Both the position numbers and the translations under genes were made by a program. A DNA stretch of 47,183 nucleotides from Deltaproteobacteria bacterium (GTDB lineage Bacteria; JAUYMQ01): assembly GCA_030698575.1 (NCBI GenBank), contig JAUYMQ010000648.1, positions 1 through 47,183 on the forward strand, given 5' to 3'. Positions 1 through 5,933 of this stretch are shown here, in pieces. Position 1 is the first letter of the stretch. Every line of letters starts with the position of its first letter. The notes beneath the pieces were generated by a model, which searched no databases, was not told the origin of the DNA, and saw only the letters and a list, made by a program, of their open reading frames with translations.

Positions 1-141
1 CGATGAGCGCCCGGAGGCCTTCGGCTCGTGAATCGAGCGCGGCCTGTTGCTCCCCGCCACCCCGGGTCAGCCGCTCGGTTTTTCGCTCGGCCTGTCGCAC
101 ACGGTCGCCCGCGGCATGCGCGTTGGCGCGAGCGCGGTCGA
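1..141. repeat. Exact 141-bp terminal overlap with 47043..47183 (circular closure of the contig)
   Basis: Bases 1-141 (cgatgagcgcccggaggcc...gcgagcgcggtcga) recur identically at 47043-47183. The block lies inside a minus-strand CDS that closes in frame across the junction. Confidence 0.95.
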
Positions 142-1663
142 TCTGGGCGGACCTGATGCTCCGTGCCTTCTCCGCCCCTTGCTGTGCAGCCTCGCACAGC
201 GCAATGGTTTCGCGCGCAGCCACACCGACTTTCCTGGTCCGCTCCAGGTCCTGCTCGATCCGGGCTACAAGGCGCGCCGCCGCCGCGAAATCCTCCTCCA
301 TATCCTCGAGCACGCCGTGCGTGGTCTGGCCGCAGGTGGGGCAGATCCCCGACTCTAGCGCCGCAGCCTGCTGTTGTTGCACCCGCTGGTCCGCTTTGGC
401 GGCCGCCAGCTCCCCGGTGAGCCCGCGATATTCGGCGCCCGACTCGGCATGTACCGCACGCGCCGCTTCGAGCTCCCGCAACTTCTCCGGCGAAACCATC
501 GGCTCCGGCCCGGCCTCGATGGCTACGATTTCGGCGTTGGCCTGCGCGAGCTCTTGCCGGGCCGCCGCCAGCTCCCTGGCCGCCGCCGCTGCTGCTTCCC
601 CGCCCGACTGCTGGGCGAGCCGCTGCATCTCAGCCTCGAGGTTGCCGACTTCGGCGCGACGGGCCTCCAGGCGTTCTTTGCCCCGGCGCTCCTCCTCGGT
701 TGCAGCGGCGTAGGCCCGCCTGACATCGTCCAGGCGTCTCTGCGCCTCGGCGACCGCGCCCTCGGCCGCCCGAACCCGCTCCGCGCGGGTGCGCTCCCAG
801 CGCCGGATGTCCTCACGGCCGCGGTCCAGCTCGGCGCGCACCGCGGCGACGGTCTCGGACGCCCGATAAGCAGCCTGCTGCGCCGCCTCGGCTTCCTGCC
901 GCAGTCCGGCAATCGTAGTCGTGTCGGGCGCGTCCGGAGTCGGGGCCTCGAGGACCGGGTTGGTGGCGAGCACGGCGCTGCGTGCGGCCTTCTGGCGCTC
1001 CTTGCTGGTGATGCCGAGCACCAGCAGCACGTCCCGCACGTCGCCCTCGCTGCCGCCGGCGAGGCCGAGCTCGGAGAAGCGCGCCCGGAGCGCCGGCAAG
1101 TCGAGCGCTAGCTCATCGACCGAGGTCTGCTTGGCCCGGCTGAGGGCGCCGAGCGCCACCTCGTTGAGCAGCCGCTTTGGAGTCCACTCGGACACGCCGC
1201 CGCACAGGCGCAGTATCATCTTCTCGAGCTGGTCCGGCGCCATCGCCCGCATGGCCTCGAGGTCGAGCAGCATCGGCCCGACGTGAGGCGCGCCGTAGCG
1301 ATCGACGAGGGCCTGGCGCACGATGCTGTTTTTTCTCGCGTCGCACCCGCTGAGCTTCACGTTGCGCCGGCCGCTGTCGCCGTCGGCGGCAAACTCGAAG
1401 CTGGCCTGAGCGCCTCCACTGTCGTGCACCGTCACGCCCCACCGTCCGGTAGTGCCGGTCCAGTCGAGGCACGGGCCGGTGGCCACGACGCCCTCGTTGT
1501 CGGTCATCGCGCCGGGCACCTGCTGCGTCGTCGCGAGCAGGATCGCCTGGGCGATCGAGGTCTTCCCGGTGCCGTTCAAACCGCTGATGATGCCCGCCGC
1601 CGGCAGGTCCAGCGTGAGGACGTGCCCGCGGAAGCCAGCGAGCTCGACTTGGGTGAATCGCAT
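1..1663 (-). CDS. Rad50/SbcC-like SMC-family ATPase, N-terminal head plus coiled coil. It continues across the circular junction into 46261..47042, giving 2445 nt and 814 aa in total.
   Basis: My own reverse translation from ATG at 1663 gives MRFTQVELAGFRGHVLTLDLPAAGIISGLNGTGKTSIAQAILLATTQQ (Walker A GLNGTGKTS). A long Ala/Glu/Arg coiled coil follows, with a CPTCGQ CxxC hook-like motif encoded at about 329-343. The ORF track does not list it because the window edge truncates it. The start overlaps the upstream stop (TGATG). Confidence 0.85.
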   Translation of the reverse strand, partial: MRFTQVELAGFRGHVLTLDLPAAGIISGLNGTGKTSIAQAILLATTQQVPGAMTDNEGVVATGPCLDWTGTTGRWGVTVHDSGGAQASFEFAADGDSGRRNVKLSGCDARKNSIVRQALVDRYGAPHVGPMLLDLEAMRAMAPDQLEKMILRLCGGVSEWTPKRLLNEVALGALSRAKQTSVDELALDLPALRARFSELGLAGGSEGDVRDVLLVLGITSKERQKAARSAVLATNPVLEAPTPDAPDTTTIAGLRQEAEAAQQAAYRASETVAAVRAELDRGREDIRRWERTRAERVRAAEGAVAEAQRRLDDVRRAYAAATEEERRGKERLEARRAEVGNLEAEMQRLAQQSGGEAAAAAARELAAARQELAQANAEIVAIEAGPEPMVSPEKLRELEAARAVHAESGAEYRGLTGELAAAKADQRVQQQQAAALESGICPTCGQTTHGVLEDMEEDFAAAARLVARIEQDLERTRKVGVAARETIALCEAAQQGAEKARSIRSAQIDRARANAHAAGDRVRQAERKTERLTRGGGEQQAALDSRAEGLRALI

Positions 1664-1986
1664 CACGCCACCTCCATGGGCACGACCGTGGGCACGACGT
1701 CGCCCAGACGTCTGGCGTTGTTGTACGATCCCACGACCACGGCGCCTCCTAACCGTGGATCGTACGTAGCGATCCACTCAGCTAGGCAGTAGCGGGTTAT
1801 CAGCGCTCCGTACACCCAGATCGGCGCGCGGCCAGATAGGATCACGCCCCTGTCTGGAGGGACCTCGCCGTGGCGAGTGCCGATGCTTGGTAGGGCGAAC
1901 ATGGCCAAGTCGGCCGGCACGATCGGCCCCTCGGTGTCGATTTCCACGAGGGTGTACTTCGGTCCCTCCTGAATGGAGTACTTCAT
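1663..1986 (-). CDS. Csx3/Crn3-like protein (candidate cyclic-oligoadenylate binding protein or ring nuclease), 107 aa
   Basis: Internal ATG at 1986 of track ORF 1663..2316, preceded by GGAGGTGGGGGC. Sequence MKYSIQEGPKYTLVEIDTEGPIVP...VILSGRAPIWVYGALITRYCLAEWIATYDPRLGGAVVVGSYNNARRLGDVV. The SGRxPIW and YDPRLGxAVVV motifs and the length match my recollection of A. fulgidus Csx3. ATGA and TGATG overlaps join it to both neighbours. Confidence 0.6.
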   Translation of the reverse strand: MKYSIQEGPKYTLVEIDTEGPIVPADLAMFALPSIGTRHGEVPPDRGVILSGRAPIWVYGALITRYCLAEWIATYDPRLGGAVVVGSYNNARRLGDVVPTVVPMEVA

Positions 1987-2300
1987 GCCCCCACCTCCAT
2001 CGGTCGAGCGGTGCGGCCGCTGGCGAGCAGTGCCGTCTCGATCACGCCCATGATTGGCCCCTCGATGGGGGCCAGACGGCGCAAATCGGCGAGCCGCCCG
2101 ACGAAGGCCACCCGCCGGCCGGAGACCGAACGGGCGCACAAGCGAACCATGGTCCACTCGGTCGGGGCCTCGACCAGCACGGCCGCTGCCAGGCATCCGA
2201 ATGCCACCCTCCGGTCGCTGGTGTAGTCGGCTGGTGCCCCGCACAGGGGGCACGTAGTGGGGCGGTGGGGTTTGTGGGCCTCGATGTGTACCTCTTCCAT
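1983..2300 (-). CDS. Zinc-ribbon (CPxC) protein, 105 aa, paralogous to 2313..2537
   Basis: ATG at 2300 sits 5 nt after GGAGG. Sequence MEEVHIEAHKPHRPTTCPLCGAPADYTSDRRVAFGCLAAAVLVEAPTEWTMVRLC... The stop overlaps the next start (ATGA). Confidence 0.65.
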   Translation of the reverse strand: MEEVHIEAHKPHRPTTCPLCGAPADYTSDRRVAFGCLAAAVLVEAPTEWTMVRLCARSVSGRRVAFVGRLADLRRLAPIEGPIMGVIETALLASGRTARPMEVGA

Positions 2301-2312
2301 GATTACCTCCAA

Positions 2313-2537
2313 TCACCAGATCCAGACTATTTGCGAGCTCCGCGCCAGTAGATCGCGGAGTTTATCGATTTCCGCGCGCTGCTCGCGCACGACCTCGCTG
2401 GCGTGCCGGCACTGCGTGGTTTCTAGCCACGATCCTCCCACCAACACAGCTACTCGACCGCACCGGTAGCCCACTACCGTCACTGTGCTGTCGAGAATTT
2501 CCGCCTCACAGATCGGGCACTTATCCAGCGCATGCAC
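2313..2537 (-). CDS. Small zinc-ribbon (CPxC) protein, 74 aa, first gene of the leftward operon
   Basis: GTG start at 2537. Sequence MHALDKCPICEAEILDSTVTVVGYRCGRVAVLVGGSWLETTQC... followed by a short coiled-coil tail. Confidence 0.6.
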   Translation of the reverse strand: MHALDKCPICEAEILDSTVTVVGYRCGRVAVLVGGSWLETTQCRHASEVVREQRAEIDKLRDLLARSSQIVWIW

Positions 2538-2558
2538 GTTCGTTCACCATTGCTCACT

Positions 2559-2575
2559 TGTGCAGCGGCTGCACA
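2559..2575. promoter_or_regulatory. 17-bp palindrome TGTGCAGCGGCTGCACA upstream of the leftward operon
   Basis: 8+1+8 perfect inverted repeat located 22-38 nt upstream of the GTG at 2537. It could be an operator or a 5'-UTR hairpin. Confidence 0.4.
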
Positions 2576-2822
2576 TCACCTACGCTCCCACCTGCCCGCT
2601 GCCCCGCAACTGCACGCCCTGCCGCGCCGTATCTCCCGCGCGCCGTAGCGAGCGGTACTGGGGTCCACGCTCCGCCACTCGCGGGGCCGGGCACGGGGCG
2701 CTGAGCCGGGCCGTGTGCTCCCTGCATGGGATCGCCCGGGGCGCCCCGCGCCGGCCTGGGCCCGCTGCGGGGGGTGCGTGGGGGGCTGGTTGTCAGGGAG
2801 CAACCGTTCAACGCCCCTATTG

Positions 2823-2873
2823 TTCCGCAACACGAAACATCCTGTCAACAGAAATGTTTCGCAGGGCGGAACA
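2823..2873. promoter_or_regulatory. Composite inverted repeat GTTCCGC-n5-GAAACAT-n13-ATGTTTC-n5-GCGGAAC (candidate operator)
   Basis: Symmetric about position 2848 in the divergent intergenic region between 2537 (-) and 2889 (+). The outer half-sites are identical to the palindrome at 5943-5959. Confidence 0.5.
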
Positions 2874-2888
2874 TGGCTGGAGGATCTT

Positions 2889-3278
2889 ATGGGCTGTCGA
2901 AAGGCCTATCAGACAGCAGGGCGCCCGGGGACCTTCGTGGAACGACGTGGCGATCAGGATGTATTTGAAGTGCGATCTGGGCCGAGGGTGTACCTGGGGT
3001 CGGTCGATGAACGGACCGTGAAGGTTGGCGTCGGCGATGTTGTCCTCTTCTCGCCCGATGCCGATGCAGACCGCCTCGCCGATGGTGTGCTGGTAGTCGT
3101 CAGCCGCCGCATGCCCCATACAGGCACGCGACAGATCCTAGTAGTAGAGGGCCGCGCCCTCCCCGGCGGCACCTGGCAGTACCTCCCCTGCGCGGAAGGC
3201 TTTGCCCCGCTCCTGAGCACGGACCCCGCCGTCGAGCTCGTCGGCGTCGTCGTCGAGGTGCGGAGGGCGTTCCGTTGA
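2889..3278 (+). CDS. Stand-alone S24 (LexA/UmuD C-terminal)-like domain protein, 129 aa, no HTH
   Basis: ATG at 2889 sits 5 nt after GGAGGA. The layout ...YLGSVDERTVKVGVGDVVLFSPDADADRLADGVLVVV...VELVGVVVEVRRAFR parallels UmuD ...GDSMIDGGISDGDLLIVD...GDIVIA...VFGVVIHVVKAMR. Confidence 0.5.
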   Translation: MGCRKAYQTAGRPGTFVERRGDQDVFEVRSGPRVYLGSVDERTVKVGVGDVVLFSPDADADRLADGVLVVVSRRMPHTGTRQILVVEGRALPGGTWQYLPCAEGFAPLLSTDPAVELVGVVVEVRRAFR

Positions 3279-3409
3279 CGAGGGCTGAGGATGACTGGCG
3301 TCTAGCGGGCGATAGCAGGTTGCGTAGGTATTAAGGAAGCACTGGCCGGTGTTGCCCGCTTGTCCCCGAAGCCCGCCGATGATACAAGCCCGACCGAGGC
3401 AGGAGGAAA

Positions 3410-3892
3410 ATGCCAGTGACCGTTCCAATTCAACTCAACACGTGGAGCCAGAAGGCCGCGGGTGATCTGGTCATCTTCAATGTAGGTTACGAGAAGCGGA
3501 GCCTTCACCAACTTTGTGCCACATTGGTTGCCGCCGGGGTCGAAGTTCTGCTCGACGTGCGCGAACGGCCATGGAGCATGCGCCCGGAGTTTCGACGAGA
3601 GCGACTCCGCAAAGAGCTCGATGCCTCGGGCATTGGCTACGTGCATTGCAAGGCTGCCGGGAACCCGTATCGGCCAAAGCCGGGTGAGGTGAAGTCGTTC
3701 GACGATTGCATGAGGGATTACGAGCGCCATATCCGCGCATCTCCTGATGTTGTCGAGGAAATGTCCGGGCTTCTACGTGGTCGGCGCGCAGCGGTTTTTT
3801 GCTACGAGGCTCGCCGTGATCGGTGCCATCGCAGCGTGCTCCTTGACGCCATCGAGCGCATCGCTGGCCCTTTGACCGTCGTCGACCTATAA
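3410..3892 (+). CDS. DUF488 family protein, 160 aa
   Basis: GGAGGAAAATG ribosome-binding site. The motifs VLLDVRERPWSMRPEFRRERLRKELDASGIGYVH and AVFCYEARRDRCHRSVL match the DUF488 pattern DVR..P.S...F...L...GI.Y.H ... C.E.....CHR. Confidence 0.7.
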   Translation: MPVTVPIQLNTWSQKAAGDLVIFNVGYEKRSLHQLCATLVAAGVEVLLDVRERPWSMRPEFRRERLRKELDASGIGYVHCKAAGNPYRPKPGEVKSFDDCMRDYERHIRASPDVVEEMSGLLRGRRAAVFCYEARRDRCHRSVLLDAIERIAGPLTVVDL

Positions 3893-4708
3893 CCCGAACA
3901 TCGTCATCTGGCCGACCTTAGGCACCTTGAGCGAGTCCAATAGCATGAAGTTCGTGAGGTGGGTGCGTGATGTTCCCACGAAGAAGAAGATGTCGTATCG
4001 GGCCGTGTCGAGCTCGCGACGCATCAAGTCAATGACCTTGCCATTCAAGTTCGCGTCCCTGGCGAACTTCAGCTTCCGGTAGAGCTCGTTGAGGCCCCAG
4101 TTGTTGAGGCGCATGTCGTGTCCATTGCATCTGTTGTCATCGCAACGCCATGGAACGTGAAAGCCCATCTCCGGAAAGGCAATAGGCTTCATTTGGCCAA
4201 ACATGGCACCCTGAGCCAACAGTTCGCGTTCGATCGCTTCCCATTCGGCGCGCTCGGACTCGGGCCTGCGCTTGAGGTAGATCTTATCGAGGTTGATCGC
4301 CTTCGGCCTGACGATTGCGAGGGAGCGTTTTGGAAGCTTTCCTTTAGGACGTTCGGCTGTCATGGACTCGATGGAGTCAGCAATGCCTGGTGAACGCTCA
4401 ACATAATTTCGCCGTTCTTCGGGATCCTTAATTACCGGGCCGAGCTCGATCGAGTCGGGATGGATCCGGATGCTCTCGCTGCGTGGATCCTCAGAATGCG
4501 GCGCTGCGTCAACCGTGATCCACTGCCACGCCTTAAACCGCTTGCCTTCGTCGAGATACCGCTTTGGAACCGGGTGCAACCGCACAATTTCCTTGGTGTC
4601 CTCGCGAAGCGCTCCGGTACACGCGACTTCTCGGTACTTTCTTGAGTACCGCGGGTAGGTCGTCCCCAGCACGAGAAGGCGCGATCGGGTCCACATCTTC
4701 GGGTGCAT
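3887..4708 (-). CDS. Hypothetical protein, 273 aa, no family recognised (Cys/His cluster WRCDDNRCNGHD)
   Basis: Clean ORF with AGGAA before the ATG. The composition is protein-like and lies in the A/T-richer island. Its 3' end overlaps the DUF488 gene by 6 nt (convergent). Confidence 0.7.
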   Translation of the reverse strand: MHPKMWTRSRLLVLGTTYPRYSRKYREVACTGALREDTKEIVRLHPVPKRYLDEGKRFKAWQWITVDAAPHSEDPRSESIRIHPDSIELGPVIKDPEERRNYVERSPGIADSIESMTAERPKGKLPKRSLAIVRPKAINLDKIYLKRRPESERAEWEAIERELLAQGAMFGQMKPIAFPEMGFHVPWRCDDNRCNGHDMRLNNWGLNELYRKLKFARDANLNGKVIDLMRRELDTARYDIFFFVGTSRTHLTNFMLLDSLKVPKVGQMTMFGL

Positions 4709-4765
4709 TTCCTAGTCCCATTGCTAGTTGTTGATTGGCCATGTTGACATTCACGCGCGCGGGAC

Positions 4766-4781
4766 GCCGCGAGCACGCGGC
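4766..4781 (-). terminator. GC hairpin GCCGCG-agca-CGCGGC between the SHOCT gene and the 273-aa gene
   Basis: 6-bp perfect stem with a 4-nt loop, 28 nt downstream of the stop at 4809. No U-tract follows, so terminator function is uncertain. Confidence 0.25.
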
Positions 4782-4808
4782 ACCAACTTCGGCCTCCTCC
4801 TTGTGACG

Positions 4809-5132
4809 TCATATCTCCCCCAGCACCGCCTCCCGCCGCGCGCGCCACTCGGCGTCCGTGATGAGGCCGGAGGCTCGAATTTCGTCGAGCTCCTGAAGAC
4901 GGTCCGCCGCACCTCGCCGGGGTGCTATCAATGCGCCTGATGTGGCGATCGCCTCACGAGACGCATTCCGCTTTGCCCGACCGATGAGGTCCGCTCCAAT
5001 AAAGCAGATGATGGCAACCACGACTTGGAGCCATGGGATGATTGCGACCTTGAACATGGCATAGGTGTATAGGGCGCTCACCCCTGCCCACCCAAGAGTG
5101 ATGGCGCCGATGATGGTCAGGACGTAGTTCAT
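4809..5132 (-). CDS. Small membrane protein with a C-terminal SHOCT-like domain, 107 aa
   Basis: Two hydrophobic helices (NYVLTIIGAITLGWAGVSALY and IIPWLQVVVAIICFIGADLI), then ADRLQELDEIRASGLITDAEWRARREAVLGEI. ATGA overlap with the upstream gene. Confidence 0.6.
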   Translation of the reverse strand: MNYVLTIIGAITLGWAGVSALYTYAMFKVAIIPWLQVVVAIICFIGADLIGRAKRNASREAIATSGALIAPRRGAADRLQELDEIRASGLITDAEWRARREAVLGEI

Positions 5133-5533
5133 GGGATCAATCCTATGCTATCGAAGGCGTTCGCATGAGCAGGCATCTTAAAGATGCATTCGTACAAGCC
5201 ACGCCGCGCGTCGGAATTCTTGATGGCCAACGTGACATAGTCAGGGTTTTCCGGAGGGTTGATATCCCAACCTTTGCTTTTGAGAAGTTCGTCCACCGAA
5301 ATTCCAGACCCAGCCATAGCACGTCGACAAGACACCATGTCCCATCCCTTTTCGCCCAGCTCCGTCAGGTCATTGTTGAGGTCGAAGTCCTCAATCGCGA
5401 CGACAGAGTACGACCATCCAGATGCGTCTGGACCCGTTTCCAGCCACGCGTGAATGACCAACGTTTTTAATAGCTCCCAAGTCACAGCGGCCAGCAAAAG
5501 AGCAATTATGACATAACCTTGCATCTTCGACAC
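5129..5533 (-). CDS. Membrane-anchored protein with a DUF4177-like domain, about 134 aa
   Basis: GTG at 5533 sits 6 nt after GGGAGG (the track starts at TTG 5539). N-terminal TM segment YVIIALLLAAVTW. WSYSVVAIEDFDLNNDLTELGEKGWDMVSC resembles the DUF4177 pattern W.Y....LN.LG..GW..V. Confidence 0.5.
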   Translation of the reverse strand: MSKMQGYVIIALLLAAVTWELLKTLVIHAWLETGPDASGWSYSVVAIEDFDLNNDLTELGEKGWDMVSCRRAMAGSGISVDELLKSKGWDINPPENPDYVTLAIKNSDARRGLYECIFKMPAHANAFDSIGLIP

Positions 5534-5535
5534 GT

Positions 5536-5913
5536 TCAACCTCCCGTTTTGTTGTGTCGACGTTGCACGACCTTGATGTGGTCCAATGCCTCGCGACGAG
5601 CATCCGGGTTGAGCCCTTCGAGGATCGTGATGGCCTCCAACGTTTCAGCATCAAGCGTCGCCTCTGGCGGATGGTGGTAGCCGAACAATTCGTACGTTGG
5701 GCATTGGAGCGCATCCGCGAGCACGTCGATGGTCTGGTGCGTCCATCCGATGTTCGAGATCTCCATTCGCGCGATGGTTGATCGGTGCATACCGGCTCGT
5801 TCAGCAAGTTGTTCCTGCGTCAACCCTCGTCGTTTCCTTGCCTCTGCCAGGCGTAGCCGCATCAACAGAGTGTCGCACATGCCGGAGCATTGCTCGATAG
5901 CGCGGCGCGGCAC
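5536..5913 (-). CDS. XRE-family HTH repressor (CI-like), 125 aa, no peptidase domain
   Basis: GTG at 5913 sits 5 nt after GAGG. MRLRLAEARKRRGLTQEQLAERAGMHRSTIARMEIS is a classic HTH_3 motif. Divergent from a Cro-like gene with a palindromic operator between them. Confidence 0.8.
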   Translation of the reverse strand: MPRRAIEQCSGMCDTLLMRLRLAEARKRRGLTQEQLAERAGMHRSTIARMEISNIGWTHQTIDVLADALQCPTYELFGYHHPPEATLDAETLEAITILEGLNPDARREALDHIKVVQRRHNKTGG

Positions 5914-5933
5914 CTTTACCTCATGGTTCTGGC

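Noticed and set aside
1-141. The terminal repeat as a physical DTR or packaging end
   Set aside because: The repeat lies in the middle of a conserved-looking CDS and restores its reading frame exactly when collapsed. Assembly overlap of a circular or permuted genome is the simpler explanation. This cannot be settled without read data.
3-1792. Plus-strand ORFs at the window start (3..713, 374..1111, 921..1286, 1283..1792)
   Set aside because: The minus strand here translates into a Walker-A ATPase head followed by a continuous coiled coil that closes in frame with 46261..47042. The plus-strand translations are Ala/Ser/Arg-rich and overlap each other.
3302-3730. 142-aa minus-strand ORF
   Set aside because: It is fully antisense to the DUF488 gene, which has a strong ribosome-binding site and family motifs.
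4744-4749. TTGACA hexamer on the plus strand between the SHOCT gene and the 273-aa gene as a promoter
   Set aside because: I found no acceptable -10 at 16-18 nt spacing. A plus-strand promoter here would only make RNA antisense to the SHOCT gene. The minus-strand candidate (TGTCAA-17-TAGCAA) matches the consensus poorly.
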